Part shown: one piece after another, positions 22,544-37,462 of the stretch
Layout of the letters: every line of letters starts with the position of its first letter
Numbering within the stretch: position 1 is the first letter of the stretch
Source of the DNA: Microthyrium microscopicum
Lineage: Eukaryota
Reading direction: 5' to 3'
DNA: 64,000 nucleotides
NCBI GenBank assembly: GCA_010405405.1
Contig: MU004231.1
Coordinates: 1,999,860 to 2,063,859, forward strand
Position numbers and translations under genes: made by a program
The notes under the pieces: model-generated
Told to the model about the DNA's origin: nothing
Database searches by the model: none
Seen by the model: the letters and a program-made list of their open reading frames with translations, nothing else

Positions 22544-23758
22544 TCATCCTTTCGGCGTCAATACTGGTAATGTCAATTTCATCGTCTCCATTCCGAATCC
22601 TCCAGGTAATTGAGCGGCCTGTAATAAACCATTCATTCGTCGCATAAGTGTGGCTGAATTTGCCTGAAGGTCGAAGTTTAGTAAATAGCAGAGACTGACT
22701 TCGAGTGTGGCCAGCTCTGATTGCTTTACGCCACCAACCACGGCGAAACGCTCCTGTGAGTATCGAAGGTCTTCCAATGCTTTCATGGCGATTCGTAAAG
22801 ATCCTAGAAGCAGTCTATGTACTGTTCGATTTGTAGCTGGGACAAGCTTTTCTTCGATACAGAGTTTGTGGATGTAACCGCCTGCTGCAAGGTAGACTGC
22901 TGTCGACATTGGGCAGAATTTGTGGAGCCTTGTGAGATAAGCTTCCAGGCCAAGAGCAGGTGGCTTCTTGCAAAAAAACTTTCGTGCTATTGTCAGTTGC
23001 TGAAGCTGTGGTGGTTCTGACGTTGCCGTTACATCTGCGGTTGACGGTTCGTCCGCCTCGGCTTCAGGGGCTCCAACAGTGAGATTTTCAAATCCGGGCT
23101 TTTTGATATCTTCATGAGCCATAGGAGTCCCTGGTCTAGAAAAGGTTCGTCTGTGTCCCCTTAGACTCTCCTTGACCATTTCAGACGTCAGAGTTCGTGG
23201 TGTGATGGCAATTGGAGGAGTTGGAGGAACATCGCCGGTGATTCGAGAGATAGCTTGAACACAGCGAGCTAGCATTTTCATGGCTACTTCTGGCTCAAGA
23301 GTGTCGACCTCCCAGGCCTGTGGGTCCAGTGGAGGTGATCTAATCCTTTCCGTGTTTTTGGCGGCTAACGTTATATCTGGAACAAGGCCGGCATCCTGGG
23401 ATGGAGATGGTGCTGCTGGAGGGCGAGATGGTGGAGTTTCAGAAGGCATTGCAGCTGGCTGGTTTGGCGATTTAGGTGGATTGCTATCTGGAAGTGCGGA
23501 ATGGTTTGCAAAGGAGTATTTTGAACTGAAGCTGGTTGGCATATGGCCATGTGCTCCTTGCTGGACTATGTCACTCGCCATTGGTTGATGAGGGGCGAGT
23601 GGTTGGTGATGAGAGTGACTAGGTTGAGGAATATTTCTGGTGGAGCCGTATCCATTTGGCAGCGCTAATTGTTGACTGGCACAGAATCTATCATTTAATG
23701 GAAGTGATAGATAAGTGTTTGTGTAGTAGTTCGGTCTTTGAGAAGTATTAGAAGTCAA
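22544..23758 (-). CDS. Pho80/Pcl-family cyclin (Pho85 partner)
   Basis: RKFFCKKPPALGLEAYLTRLHKFCPMSTAVYLAA, NRTVHRLLLGSLRIAMKALED and FAVVGGVKQSELATLE match the Pho80-like cyclin box. The start codon is uncertain. Confidence 0.9.
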   Translation of the reverse strand: MTSNTSQRPNYYTNTYLSLPLNDRFCASQQLALPNGYGSTRNIPQPSHSHHQPLAPHQPMASDIVQQGAHGHMPTSFSSKYSFANHSALPDSNPPKSPNQPAAMPSETPPSRPPAAPSPSQDAGLVPDITLAAKNTERIRSPPLDPQAWEVDTLEPEVAMKMLARCVQAISRITGDVPPTPPIAITPRTLTSEMVKESLRGHRRTFSRPGTPMAHEDIKKPGFENLTVGAPEAEADEPSTADVTATSEPPQLQQLTIARKFFCKKPPALGLEAYLTRLHKFCPMSTAVYLAAGGYIHKLCIEEKLVPATNRTVHRLLLGSLRIAMKALEDLRYSQERFAVVGGVKQSELATLEVSLCYLLNFDLQANSATLMRRMNGLLQAAQLPGGFGMETMKLTLPVLTPKG

Positions 23759-25443
23759 TCCAAGGCGGAGATGGGGAGAATTTACTGCAAATCGGAACGC
23801 CAGAAGATGGAAAGGCGAACACAGGTCGTAGAGTTGAAGAAGGAATGAAGATGATGAAGTTACGGAAATGGGAGATAAAGATTGAAGTTACAGAGCTTCC
23901 GACTGCACAAAGCTCAGAAGAGGTAGAACGGGCAAAACTTGTGGTAGCAGCTGACCGGAAAGCCAAAGCTCTGATACTAGTAGGGACGGAGGGAGAACCA
24001 AACTGCTGGAGATTTGAGATTATGCGGCGTTGTATTGGCGAAGGAAGCCCTCTTAGATTGTTTGTGTTGTAGGAGGGCTCTAATGAAGCAATAGTAAAGA
24101 AGGACAGGCAGTGCTTAAGCAGGTAAACAGGCTCTGGGTTGACAGGTACAGTAGTGACCAAGATAGAGTAGCATGTGCAGCTCAGAAGTTGTGAAGCTAA
24201 CAGGTCGATTGCGATATCAAAGAAGTAAGAGCTTGTGTTGATGCTGCTGCAGCGGACGGAAGGACCTTAAGTTGCAGGTGTGAAGTAACTAGTAAGGTAG
24301 AGAGCTGTCAGAGCATGAGGTTGGCATCAACAATGGAAAGAATCATGTCTGAAGATACAGGCCTGGCAGGGTGCAATGAATTAGAGATGTTCAAAGATTC
24401 AAATGCTGGGACAAGCAAGCTTGGCAAGCTAACGATGGTCGCAGTCAGGCAAATTATTGAAGCGGGGCAAAAATATGGAAATTGTCTCGTCAATAATTAG
24501 AGCTGTCTGCCTGTCATTTCAACCTGCAACCTGCAAAGCGTGGCCTAGACCTCTTGGCGCAACCATGTTGTTTTCACTTTGGGCAGAATAATATCAGGCT
24601 GAGACTTCTAATAGTCTCTCTGAACGATGATCACTACATACTTTCCCCGCCATACATGGTTCTACTGCACTGCTATCAGTCGGATAAGTAGCCTGCGGAG
24701 TGCGGATAGGGGCAATCTCGATGTGCTCCTGCAGAGAGTATGTCCGTACCGACTGTTTCTTGCCACACTTGGTTGCGGTGCATGTAATACGAGCTCTTAC
24801 CTAGGCAATTCTATATTCCTGCTAGGTGGATCATAACCGAGAACTGCTCCAGCACGCGAATGTAGCAGGAGTCTATGGAACATAGATTGACGTTTCTATC
24901 AAGACATCGAATATGTACCTAGGTAGGGAGCAAAAAGCGGCTTCTTCACTCCCTAGAGAACATACCGGATCTTCCCACTATTAAAATGAAATGCATACAT
25001 CCCTATAATATGGTCATGTATCTGTATCGCTTCTCTGATGATTAGAACGCGTACTCCAGCGATACCACGCAAACTATACCTTTTATCAGCGAGTTGCGTG
25101 CAGCCACACGCAACAATGGCAATTTGTTGTGGCGCGACAGCGTACGGTGATGCATATCAAATACTGTTCTGCACCGTCTGCTATCAACTTGAGCTTTGCT
25201 ACATCAAATGTACTTGGCAACATGTCATTAGCATCGGAACAAAAGTTGAGGGTTTCAAGAGCTTAAGAGCTCACAAGCTAGACTAGACTGGGCAGGACAT
25301 GCCTAATCAAGCGTAATCATGATCTTATCTCATTTCATCTTATCTCCGACATCATCCATCTCGCCCATTCGTGTTTCCCTGAAACTGTTTAAACACCAAC
25401 TCTATCATCACTTTACCAACCCTTTCCATCAAGCCCACTCATA

Positions 25444-27228
25444 ATGGCTACCTCCAAAGATGTTCGTGACATTATGGGTATGGCTGCCCAACCAGGGGGT
25501 GCAGCTGTCGCCGCCACCAAAAAGAAAGCTCCAAAGCCTGTAATTGGCAAGAAAATAAGTAGGCACTTCAAGCTTTACCAAAGACTTGTGAGCTAATTGT
25601 TGATAGCTGGCATAAGTCGGGAAATCCTTGCTTTACATGGGGATCGTCCTCCACCTGTCGCGATCGTCGACTCCTCCAAAGCCTACCGTAAACGTTTCAA
25701 GCGAGATTTCAAACCATCACATTGGGAGCACGCCGAATTCGACAATTCAGCACGGCCAGACGGCTTGCTCTTAAGACACTGGCGCAAACAACCTATCCAA
25801 GCGCAACGCGACAAGGCTAATGACGAAAACGGCGATGCCATGGATGTTGATAGCGAGGCGCAACCCAATCCTACCACGACTCCTTACGAATTCGCCAAAT
25901 ACAATGTCCAAATCGATGTTCCCACCTACACAGACGAGCAATACAATGCATATCTACAAGACAAAGATTGGAGTAGAGAGGAAACGGACTACTTGCTTGA
26001 TTTAGTCAAGGAGTACTACCAGAAATGGCCTGTTATTATTGATCGATACGAATGGCAGTCGTCAAATCAAACTTCAAATCCTGCAGATCCCACTGCCGTT
26101 GCCAAGCTATCGGATGCCAAAGCCAGAGATCTCGAGGCTCTCAAGGCTAGATATTACTTTGTTTCGGCCAAGTGCATGGAGTTTACCTTCATAAATGGAG
26201 TAGCAGACATGAACGCGGAGGAGTTTGCACTACATGAGCAATATACAAAATTCAAGCCTGAGACCGAACGGCAACGGAAGAACCTTGCATGGCAACTCTG
26301 TCGACGAAACCCTGATGATGTCAAAGAAGAGGAATATCTTCTGTCAGAGTTACAGCGAATCATGATCTCGGCACAGAAATTCGAAATTGAACGCGCTGAA
26401 TTGAGACAGCGATTGGAGATAGTTCCTTCACCCCAAAATTCGAAAGACCGGCCAATACCCTCAACATCCGGCGAGTTGCATGCTTTATGGCAACAGCTCG
26501 CGCAGCTTGATAAGAGTCGGAAACCACGTGCTCGTATTTCAATCGACGGAAGCCTCCAATCACCAGCTACCGGCGGACTCCAAACCCCAGCAAGCGCAGG
26601 AGGTCATCGAGATTCCATATCTGGTAGCAACCAGAAGAGAGGGTCCACGTCGCAACAAGTACCAGCTCGTTTACTGAACCCCCGAGATGAGCTGCGGTTC
26701 GGCGTGTCAACACCAACCGAGCGAACTGTATCAGGCGTCACCTTCCGCACCGACAAGGTTCTCAAACTTCGACAAGCTAAATCACAAATTCAGACACAGA
26801 AGATCATTCAAGCATTGACTCATCTAGAAATTCCCGACATGCTACCTCTGCCAACCACACGAGTCGTGCAAGCCTATGAAGGTTTGATCCAGAAGATCAA
26901 TGTGCTTCTCGATGCTCGCAAAGTTTTGGCTAAAGAGCAGACTGAGCTTCAGACAGCTCTTGCAGTGAAAGCGGAGGTGGAGAAGAAGTCATCGGACTCA
27001 ACCAAGCCCGAGGGCGCACAAACTGATGCAGACGGTGATGATGATGCTGAGGGAGAGGAAGATGCTGAAGGCGAGGATCTCGATGTTGAGATGACAGATG
27101 CGCCAGCTGCAACCAAGCCAGAAACTGAGGAAGCCCCACGGCCGTCGTCATCTCGAAGCACCAGAAATAACCGTAGTGCGAGTATTCTCAGTGCAGCGAG
27201 TAGCAGAGGCAGTCGAAGAAAGAAGTGA
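25444..27228 (+). CDS. SWC4: SWR1/NuA4 complex subunit Swc4/Eaf2 (DMAP1 homolog)
   Basis: ATG 25444 (MATSKDVRDIMG), intron 25559-25606. Motifs FDNSARPDGLLLRHW, FAKYN, SANT-like DWSREETDYLLDL...KWPVIIDRY, and LEALKARYY. Confidence 0.93.
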
Positions 27229-27854
27229 AGAGATGCTAATAAACACTAATACTACTAGACATATAGACAATATATACATACTGTCTCTGAAATATTTGTT
27301 ATTCGTCTGGACGCACTCCTGAATGTGAGAAGCTATTGCCAAATTCTAGAAGTGCAAAGGTAATTCACGTCAGCATCTGCCTCATTGACTCTTTGAGTGA
27401 ATGCAAAGGAGAAGTCGGTGAAGTCAATGTTGGAGCTTGCATCTGAATGAGTGATAGGACTGATAGGTTGTGCCTGGATGCATGCGATGTCGGAGAATGT
27501 CGGATAGAATCGGCGTTTAGTGGGCTGTCAGTTATCGACACACGGCTAGAACCTCGATATCGCGTCAAACATCAAACTATTTTCATGTGGCCAAGGCGGC
27601 AAACCCATACTAACGTCCTGCTGCTAATTTTGACATGAACCATGGCTACCTTCATCCTTCTCTATACTTTCCACCACCAAAGTCACTGTTCAAAACAAGT
27701 GATTGAGCTCGCCATTGCCCCTCGCTGAGTCTCTGAATCACCGTTCCATGGCGTCCTGCTAACAAGAGACCCACTTCGCTCCTCCTTCCTCCCCAATCGC
27801 CACCTTCTCTAGAAAATTTACAATTCGTTGTCTAGCTGTAAAGTGCTATTCATC

Positions 27855-30800
27855 ATGCAGCCAGCTACTGCCCTCGCCTTGTTGCGAACCGGCACACGCG
27901 CAATTCGCACAATACCTCGTGTAACTCTTCGTTATCGCTCCACTCACTCTTCGATTGCGGGTCTCAAACGCACATTCTATACCAGCTCTACAACAGACAG
28001 CGGTGATGGAACTGGCAAAGATGGCAAACCTCTCACATCAGTCTTTGCTCCACTAGACACTTTCCCACATCGACACATTGGCCCATCACCAGCCGACACT
28101 GAGCTCATGCTCAAGGCTCTAGATCCAGCCGTATCCTCCCTCGACGAATTCGTCAAGCAAGTCCTACCAGCCGATATTCTCTCCTCTCGCGACATTCACA
28201 TCGAGAACCCTGCAAATTCCGTACACGAGGGTGACAATGGCCCCAGCGACGCTGGCTACTCGGAGAGCCGCCTACTCATGCGGCTCCGAACTATTGCCAG
28301 CAAGAACAAGGTGTTGCGAAGCTATATTGGATGCGGGTACTCAGGCACCCGCGTGCCAGAGGTGATCAAGCGCAATGTTCTGGAAGGCCCAGGCTGGTAT
28401 ACCAGCTATACGCCATATCAGCCAGAGATAAGTCAAGGACGGCTGGAGTCGCTCCTGAACTTCCAAACGCTGGTGACTGATCTGACGGGGCTGGAGATGG
28501 CCAATGCTTCAGTGCTGGACGAGTCGACTGCGGCGGCGGAAGCGATGACGCTGGCTATGAACTCTGCGTCGTCAAAGAAGCAAAAACGGCCGAACAAGAC
28601 TTTTTTCGTGTCACATTTGACTCATCCACAGACGATTGGAGTACTTCAGGCGCGCGCTGAGGGATTCGGGATCAAGATCCAAGTTGGCGATGTGCTTGCG
28701 GGCAATTATAAGGAAGTTCGAGAGACGGGCGAGGACTTGCTCGGTGTTCTCGTCCAGTATCCGGACACAGAGGGTGGAGTAAACGACTTTCGAGGTCTTT
28801 CAGATGTAGTGCACAAGAACGGCGGAATCCTCACCGTGGCTACGGATCTTCTGGCTTTGACTGTTCTTACGCCTCCTGGCGAATTTGGTGCGGACGTCGC
28901 TTTTGGCAACTCACAGCGTTTTGGCGTTCCATTCGGGTTTGGCGGACCGCATGCTGCATTCTTTGCGACTACGGACAAATATAAGCGTAAGATCCCTGGT
29001 CGGTTGATTGGGCTGTCAAAAGATCGACTAGGTGATCCGGCTGCTAGATTGGCTTTGCAAACTCGAGAGCAGCATATCCGACGAGAAAAAGCCACAAGCA
29101 ATATCTGCACTGCTCAGGCACTTCTTGCCAATATGAGCGCTTTCTATGCTGTTTATCATGGCCCTGAAGGATTACGGAATATTGCAGAAAGAACTATAAC
29201 TATTGCGCGAGTCTTACAGAAGGCATTGGTCAACTTGGGCTTTCAAACCGGTCGAGATGGTGAGAATCTGCCAGTTCAGTTCGATACTATTGTTGTAAAG
29301 GTGAATGATGCCCAGAGCGTGTTGCGAAAGGCAGTGGAAGACCAGGGAATCAATCTTCGTCAATTGGACGGTCAACATGTGGGCATCTCGGTCGACGAAA
29401 CGGTAGATAAGGAAGACATCCTTGACATCCTGGCGGTCTTCGCATCTATCGCATCCAAAGACGCAAAGCCAGATCTTGAAAAGCTAGCATCAGAGGTTGG
29501 ATTCTCAGCACAAGCCATTCCCGATCAGTTCAAGCGGACATCATCCTACTTGACGCATCCAGTATTCAACTCTCATCACTCTGAGACAGAGCTGCTCCGA
29601 TATATTCACCATCTTCAATCGAAGGATCTATCACTTACTCATTCCATGATACCGCTTGGATCATGCACAATGAAGCTTAACGCTACCACAGAAATGGTCC
29701 CCGTTACTTGGCCCGAGTTTGCATTGATACATCCATTCGTTCCTACCGATCAAGCTGAAGGATATCATGTCATGATCGACGAACTCGAAAAGGATTTGGC
29801 AGAAATTACCGGATTTGATGCCGTGTCTCTTCAACCCAATTCTGGCGCTCAAGGAGAGTTCGCTGGCCTCCGAGTCATTCACGAATACTTCAAGCAAAAC
29901 CAGAAGCCTGGCGAGAAGCGAGACGTCTGCATCATTCCAGTTTCCGCACACGGCACAAACCCTGCAAGCGCAGCAATGGCTGGAATGCGAGTTGTCGCAG
30001 TTAAGTGTGATACTATCACAGGAAACTTGGACATGGAGGACCTCAAAGCCAAGTGCGAAAAACACAAACACGAACTTGCCGCCATCATGATAACATACCC
30101 CAGCACCTTTGGTGTATTCGAGCCACAAGTCAAAGAGGTCTGCGATCTCATCCATGCTAACGGCGGACAAGTATATATGGACGGCGCCAACATGAATGCT
30201 CAAATCGGTCTCTGCTCCCCAGGTGAGATTGGCGCCGATGTGTGCCATCTCAACCTCCACAAGACCTTCTGTATTCCTCATGGCGGCGGCGGACCAGGTG
30301 TTGGCCCTATCGGTGTCAAGTCACATCTGGCGCCCTTCCTTCCCGGTCATCCTCTCGTCAAGACAGGTGGCGAAAAGGCCATCCCACCTATATCCGGCGC
30401 ACCTTGGGGCTCCGCCAGCATCCTCCCTATCAGCTGGGCATACATCAAGATGATGGGCGGTCTAGGACTCACACACGCCACAAAGATTACCTTACTTAAC
30501 GCAAACTACATCCTCTCCCGCCTCAAGCCACACTTCAAAATTCTATATACCAACGAAAACGGCCGATGCGCACACGAATTCATCCTCGATGTGCGCGGGT
30601 TTGAGAAGTCTGCTGGCATCCAGGCAATTGATATTGCAAAGCGATTGCAAGACTATGGCTTCCATGCACCAACCATGAGCTGGCCAGTCACCAACACTCT
30701 GATGATCGAACCAACAGAATCCGAGAGTATGGAGGAGCTCGACCGCTTCTGCGATGCCCTCATCCAGATCCGCCGTGAAATCGAGCAAGTCGAAAAGGGC

Positions 30801-31094
30801 GAGCAGCCTAAGGAGGGTAATGTGCTCAAGATGTCACCGCACACAATGAAAGATCTCGTCCGCGAAGATTGGGATCGTTCGTATACACGCGAAACTGCCG
30901 CTTACCCACTACCGTGGCTGCGGGAGAAGAAGTTTTGGCCATCGGTTACTCGACTCAACGATAGTAAGTTCGAAACCTGCCCACACCATTCCCAAATAGA
31001 CACACTTACTAATATTCCTCCAGCTTATGGTGATCTCAACCTCTTCTGCACTTGTGCTCCTGTTCCAGAGGATGCTGATGGATCTTCGGCATAA
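27855..31094 (+). CDS. GCV2: Glycine dehydrogenase (decarboxylating), P protein of the glycine cleavage system, mitochondrial
   Basis: Arg/Thr-rich presequence. Motifs [46 protein letters not shown] and PLP-lysine motif [18 protein letters not shown]. In-frame 60-nt intron at 30964-31023. Confidence 0.98.
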   Translation: MQPATALALLRTGTRAIRTIPRVTLRYRSTHSSIAGLKRTFYTSSTTDSGDGTGKDGKPLTSVFAPLDTFPHRHIGPSPADTELMLKALDPAVSSLDEFVKQVLPADILSSRDIHIENPANSVHEGDNGPSDAGYSESRLLMRLRTIASKNKVLRSYIGCGYSGTRVPEVIKRNVLEGPGWYTSYTPYQPEISQGRLESLLNFQTLVTDLTGLEMANASVLDESTAAAEAMTLAMNSASSKKQKRPNKTFFVSHLTHPQTIGVLQARAEGFGIKIQVGDVLAGNYKEVRETGEDLLGVLVQYPDTEGGVNDFRGLSDVVHKNGGILTVATDLLALTVLTPPGEFGADVAFGNSQRFGVPFGFGGPHAAFFATTDKYKRKIPGRLIGLSKDRLGDPAARLALQTREQHIRREKATSNICTAQALLANMSAFYAVYHGPEGLRNIAERTITIARVLQKALVNLGFQTGRDGENLPVQFDTIVVKVNDAQSVLRKAVEDQGINLRQLDGQHVGISVDETVDKEDILDILAVFASIASKDAKPDLEKLASEVGFSAQAIPDQFKRTSSYLTHPVFNSHHSETELLRYIHHLQSKDLSLTHSMIPLGSCTMKLNATTEMVPVTWPEFALIHPFVPTDQAEGYHVMIDELEKDLAEITGFDAVSLQPNSGAQGEFAGLRVIHEYFKQNQKPGEKRDVCIIPVSAHGTNPASAAMAGMRVVAVKCDTITGNLDMEDLKAKCEKHKHELAAIMITYPSTFGVFEPQVKEVCDLIHANGGQVYMDGANMNAQIGLCSPGEIGADVCHLNLHKTFCIPHGGGGPGVGPIGVKSHLAPFLPGHPLVKTGGEKAIPPISGAPWGSASILPISWAYIKMMGGLGLTHATKITLLNANYILSRLKPHFKILYTNENGRCAHEFILDVRGFEKSAGIQAIDIAKRLQDYGFHAPTMSWPVTNTLMIEPTESESMEELDRFCDALIQIRREIEQVEKGEQPKEGNVLKMSPHTMKDLVREDWDRSYTRETAAYPLPWLREKKFWPSVTRLNDSKFETCPHHSQIDTLTNIPPAYGDLNLFCTCAPVPEDADGSSA

Positions 31095-32658
31095 GCGACA
31101 GTCCATTTTGCAATTGTTTAACATTCCATTTGCATAGAAAGATGAGTTTGGCGTTGGGCTTGCTTCACGATTCTTGGGCGGTGTTTGTTCATTTTTAACA
31201 AAGATACCAATTCAACATAGCGGCGTTCAACAATGCTATTTTTGGCTACGGCTAGAAGGGAATGAGATATATGATATTATGACTTCAACAGAGTCTAGAA
31301 GTGGCTGACGGGATGTGAGTTGTGTTACTACATTGAAGATTGTGGTCAGAAGGATAGGAGGGGCCTTGGTTTTCGACTGTACCCGTACGGATTGGCTAGT
31401 TAGTTTGTAGAGAATAGAGGAGAGCGAACATTTGATGTTGGTTTTTCACTTCTTGGCTTGCTGTTTACTCCTGTCTTTGGGCTTTAGCTCCCTGGTGTAG
31501 AGCAAGGGAATTATTGCTTGAGAGTAATATGATTCCACATCAGTAAGTAAGTATTTGCTCGCCAGGGTACTAGACATAGGCAGCATGGTGGCATTGGAAT
31601 TGTAACTCAACAACATCATCACGAACTACGGTGGGACTTGCAAATGTACGATGCTGCGGATTGGCTACCGTAGACATGTCGTTCGGACGTGATCCGACGA
31701 CACGTAGCACCCGCCATCGCCAGATGACTGGGATCGGGTATCATAGTGCAACATTTGTTGTGTTATTTGTTTGCATCTCACATAATAGTAGTGCTACCAA
31801 TGTAGATCTGGAATATTTCCGTCCGCCATTGTACAAGACTGAGGATGTACAAAATATAGCAAAAGCGATCCATTGACCGCTCAACACCAAGCACCTCGTC
31901 TATACCTGCCCAAAAAGGAAGCTTTCAAGAAGATTGTCACCACTTCCAAGAACCGGGCCAGCGGACAAGCTTCGCCATGAGGAGAATCTCACCGTCCGCG
32001 CGTGCCCTGAAGACATTTTCTCACAAAAGTAGTCAGCAACCAAACATACGAGTCCAAAGTAGTGGAGACACTGGAATTCTTTCGGTTACCTGCCTGCCTT
32101 GCTTGAAATCGGATAAATGCACACGATGCAGTGGCGTTGCGCAACCAGTCAATGAACGCTTCCCCCGCATTTGGTACCGACCAAGCGTGGACGCCACTCC
32201 CGTCATGCCAGGGAAGTACGACAGGGGTCAAAAAGTTGTTGATTTAAGTTAACTGCTGGGTCATGACGCCCTGGCCGAGGGAATCATTTTCTAATTTAGT
32301 TGACTTGGCCCAATGAGTTATACTTTGTTGAAACCTCTTGATTTGCGTTGATATCATTCTTGGTTGCTTGATTCGAAATCTGGAAAAGCTGTCTGAGTCC
32401 CAGGCTCCCGGCGTGGATGTTTAGAACGATTGGTGTAGTTGGTAAGCTCCATTTTTTCTTGTTGTTGGGTCCGGACCCAATGAGTGAGTGGATACGAGAA
32501 GGTGAGAAGGATTAGGCACAAGATCAGTATCGGCGTTTGCTGATTGTTTACTGCTTGAGCTTGTCATCTCAACTACTACTGTTGTCGCGTGAGCGATTTC
32601 CAAGAGAAGAATACAGCTAACCTTATGTCCAGTCAGATCTTAGCACTCTTTGTCAATC

Positions 32659-35600
32659 ATGAAGCTCCTAATTCTTAATATATCGCTATTTCTCACAATC
32701 TTCGGGAATGCGACTGCGACAATCTATGAAACTCGATTCCCTGGTGTAACATATGACGACGATGCCTGGACCCTCACTACCACCAATCTTGATCAGGGAC
32801 ATTACCAATCGCGAATATCGCTCGCAAATGGATACTTTGGGATCAATTTGGCGGCTGTAGGTCCATTCATGGACTTTGATGTTCAGGTAGACGGCGACAA
32901 TGTCAACGGATGGCCCCTTTTTGGGCGACGGCAGTCCTTTGCGACAATTGCTGGATTCTATGGTCACGAAACTATTTTGAATGGTACGAACTTTGCATGG
33001 CTATATCAGTATGGAGAGGGCGAATCTGCCATATCTGGAGTGCCTCATTGGGCTGGCTTACTCATTGAATTGGGCGGGCAGTTGTTGAACGCTTCGGTCG
33101 ATAGCTCTCAAATTTCCAATTTCTCGTCAACGTTGGATATGAGAAGAGGTCTCATGGCCTGGACCTACGACTGGACTCCTAGCGGATCCTCAAGCATCCA
33201 TGTGCTCTACGAAATGCTTGTTCATAAGCTCTACGTCAATCAGGCTGCTGTACGACTCACTGTAACACCAGCAGAAGATTCAAACGTAACGATCATTGAC
33301 GTTTTGGATGGAGACTGCGCTGTACGTACTAATTCCACTGGCACAGGGTTTGATCAGTCATCAGCGGCCATATGGTCTGCAGTGAGTCCCTATGGTGTGG
33401 CAAATGTTACAGCATATATCTACTCCACTTTGACAGCAGAAGATGACAGGTGCCTGGACACACTGGCACAAGTTACAAGCGGACCTTTCTTAGGCTCGAA
33501 CGAATCATCTATAGCTCAAGGAGTTAATGCTAAGCTCACTGCTGGCCAAAGCACTACGTTCACCAAATTCGTTGGTGCTGCATCCACTGATGCCTTCCCG
33601 GATCCTTCAAATATTGCGAAAATGGGTTCCAAGGCAGCTGCACAAGCAGGATGGGACAGTTTGCTCAAGTCTCATGCAGAGGAGTGGGCATATGTCATGC
33701 CGACAGACTCCGTGGACAGCTTTGTATTACCCTCCACGGGGAAAGTACCTGAAGACCCAGATGTTGTTGAGCTGCATATCAATGCAGTAACAAACCCATT
33801 CCATCTCATTCAGAACACCGTTGGTGAGAACGCAATCGCTGCGGCGAACAACAACTCCGATCTTGATACTCACAGTATCTCGGTGGGCGGTTTAGCAAGT
33901 GACTCGTACGCGGGCTTCATTTTCTGGGACGCGGATGTTTGGATGGCGCCTGGTCTTGTTGTTTCCCATCCCCAAGCGGCAAAGCAAATAGCTGGATATC
34001 GGGCTAAGCATCTGGATCAAGCGAAGGATAATATCAATACCGCCTATCAATCTTCCAAGAACCAGACCGGCAGGTTTTCCGAAGGAGGTGCGGTGTACCC
34101 ATGGACAGATGGAAGATATGGTACATGCACCGGAACAGGTAAGTCAGAAGTAGTTGCCGTATCTATTCAAACATCGGCTAATGTCACTTGAGGTCCCTGC
34201 TTTGACTACGAGTATCACATCAATGGCGACATTGGTCTTCAGCTGTTCAATTACTACGCAGCCACTGGAGACACCGAGACCTTCAAGGATCAGTACTTCC
34301 CGATTTATGATGCCGTTGCCTGGTTCTATGCAGAACTTCTCACTTTCAATTCGTCAACGGAAACATATGGTCTCATGAATGCCACTGACCCGGATGAGTA
34401 TGCCAATTTTGCTGACAATGTTGGTTACACTCTGGCTCTCATTCAATCTCATCTCCAAACCGCAAATGTATTGCGCGATCGTCTTGGACTACCTCAAAAT
34501 GCGACCTGGGCGGACACAGCGTCCAAAATCAAGATCCCCACCAATGAGGAGGCTAAAATAGTTCTCGAATATGCGGCTATGAATGGATCTATTCAGGTGA
34601 AGCAAGCAGACGTCGTTCTCATTGACGACTTCCTCGGTGTGACCAATGAATACTCGCTACCGAACTTGGATTACTATGCAGGGAAACAGTCAGCTAACGG
34701 GCCCGGTATGACTTACGGTGTGTTCTCCATTGTTGCCAACGAGATCTCGCCTTCTGGCTGCTCTGCAGTAAGTTTCCCACAGCAATGCCAACGCTTTGTA
34801 TCTAATCATTGTCAGTACACGTATGATCTGGAAGGTTCTCAGCCTTATACTCGAGCACCTTGGTTCCAATACTCCGAGCAACTTCTTGATGACTTTGGAG
34901 CAAATGGCGGCACACATCCCGCCTACCCGTTTCTGACAGGTAAGATTTTGAATTCGTTCACTTCTAAATCATAAGCTCACATCAATTAGGTCAAGGCGGT
35001 GCGAATCGAGTCAGTGTCTACGGTTATCTCGGCCTTCGTCTCTCCCTAGATTCTTTGAACGTTAGTCCAAACCTACCACCTCAAATCTCGTACTTGAGAT
35101 ATCGAACCATCTACTGGCAAGGCCATCCAGTCTCCGCCTCCTCTAATACCACCCACACGACCCTCACTCGTCTCCCTAGCAGTCTTGCCAATGCTAACAC
35201 CACATACCTCACCAATGCGATCCCAGTCACAATAGGCGCAGATACATCTGTAGCCGTAAGCCTCCCACCAAATGGTACAATTGTAGTCACAAACCGTCTA
35301 ATTGGCTACAATGCCACCATCGACGGCAACATAGCCCAATGTAAACCCGCCAATTCATCTCAAGCTTACCTTCCCGGGCTATTCCCGCTCGCCGCCGTCG
35401 ACGGCGCCATATCAACCAAATGGCAACCCGTCTTCAGCAATATCACATCCTCAGTCATCGTCGACCTAGGAGCACCAGGCGTAGGCATCAATATCACCGG
35501 CTTCCATGTCGACTGGGCGCAGGCTCCTCCAATGTCATGGCAAGTTGACTTTTCCACCTCAGCAGACTTTAGTGCTTCATCTACAGCGTACAACTCGACC

Positions 35601-35837
35601 AACGTCACAATCTCAACGCCATACATCGCAGCCAATGCGGACGATATCACAGCATACGTGGGAAATACCACGGACGTGAGTCTACCAAGTGGTGTGGTAG
35701 CGACGAGATATGTCAGGTTATCTATCTCGGGAAGTCAAGGAGCTCCCAGTACAGCGGGTGCATCGGTAGCAGAATTTGCTGTTTTGCGAGATGGTGGTGG
35801 CCGATTGGTGCCGAATGGTGTGGTGACGAGCCTATAA
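32659..35837 (+). CDS. ATH1: Secreted acid trehalase, glycoside hydrolase family 65
   Basis: Signal peptide; motifs YQSRISLANGYFG, SDSYAGFIFWDADVWM, CFDYEYHINGDI, TDPDEYAN, VKQADVVL and HPAYPFLTG. Introns at about 34139-34192, 34768-34815 and 34940-34989. Confidence 0.95.
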
Positions 35838-36300
35838 TGCCTTGTATTAATGATTTGACGACTTTGTAAAAGTCTATTTCTATTGTCAACAAATAATATA
35901 ATGTCTCTGTTCTTTGTATATATGCTTCCGAGCTCCATGTTGATTTAGGGTAGCATGATGGGAAGTCGATTTTTCAGAATCAGATCTTGCTCAAGTTGCC
36001 TAGCCTTTGACAATGGAAGTCAGACAAGGTAATTGAATGTTTAACGATAGAATTATGGGGTGAGATAGACTTTATTTGACTTTCCTATAGCCGCGATAGG
36101 AGATGAATCTGGAAAAGGGGTCGCTAGCCGAGGTGAGGTTCCTGTAAGCGCGCGTCAATTACTGATTACTTATACTTTTTGGAGGCATCTTGCATCGGCG
36201 TCCTTCAAAGATAAGCTCCATGAAATATACTTATTACCTAGAGACTACATATACAGTCCTTCCAGTCTCAGCCTTGTCAAAACGATTGAATTGGAGCAAT

Positions 36301-37462
36301 ATGGCCCCCATGCACATCTTTGACCTCCCCAACGAGGTTGTAGATCACTTCCTCAATTTCGTACCCTTCAAGGACTTATTCCCACTTACTCTGGTCTCCA
36401 AGGCATTCTGCCAAATCACAATATCTCATATCCAGGACCGTCACAATGAGTCGTTGCGTCCATTAACGGAGTGCGGCCGCGACTGGTGTGGCTGGCGCAC
36501 TCCGAATCGATCTATGGCATATCGCATCTTTCAACCTGCTGATCGCTATATGAGCCCATTGGTATATGTTACTCCGTCGGAGAAGTCACCAACCTCTTTG
36601 ATTTCGCCTTTTGAGTATGTGTCTGTTGTGGAGCAACTGCATGGTAAGAATATCTACTTAATACTCACCTCCTCTCGTTCCGTTGAGAGTTTTATACATC
36701 ACTATTTCATAAGAAAATGTTGGAATAGAACCCAATCAAGATTTTAGCTGTCGTTTCAGTTGACAATCTCCATAATCGAAAATCCACAAGCTAATAGCCG
36801 CCAGATATTCACACACGCTACACATCACTCCAGCCAGCAAACCGCTCAAGCCCACATGCTCGACCATTCACTGAAGAGAGAAACATGCGCGATGCCCCTC
36901 GCGGCCTCATGGCAGCCTCCAGCGGTGTCGCACGGCGAATCGCACTAGACCCCGAAGAGCGTTTCACCCAAATGCTCTTCAAGGTTGAGCTTGTAGAAAA
37001 GCGTAGAGTCAGCGTGCCCACAGCCGAAGGCGTAATCCGTGTCTTTCGCGATTGGCTCGAGAACTGGGCGAAAGCAGCCGAGCGAGAAGCTGAAGAGATG
37101 ATGCCGACGATGGGCAGCCACCAAGAGTGGATGGCCGCCACGAAAGGCCAGACGGTGTTGTGGCTGGGCGAGGAGCAGAAGTTGGTGGGATTTCGGGTCG
37201 CGGTGTTGAGACCGGAGGCGCGTGATGGACAGGCGCCGCAGGAGGGGGCATATTGGATCAAGTTTTGTGGTAAGTGAGAATTTTCAAACCGAAGGGTGAG
37301 GTGTTAATGAGTACTAGATCTGATTGTACGGACCAGCCAAATTGTGCGGAGCACTGAGGCACTTCCTGTCGAAGAGCCGCATCTTGGTTTTGAGCCTTTG
37401 AAGATGCAATTGCGGAGATCTTCGAGTATCGGCTCCCTACTCCCCCGAATGCGGCGTTCTAG
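36301..37462 (+). CDS. F-box domain protein
   Basis: N-terminal MHIFDLPNEVVDHFLNFVPFKDLFPLTLVSKAF F-box. Intron 36644-36805 joins it to ORF 36885-37277, and a further intron lies at about 37271-37318. Confidence 0.75.
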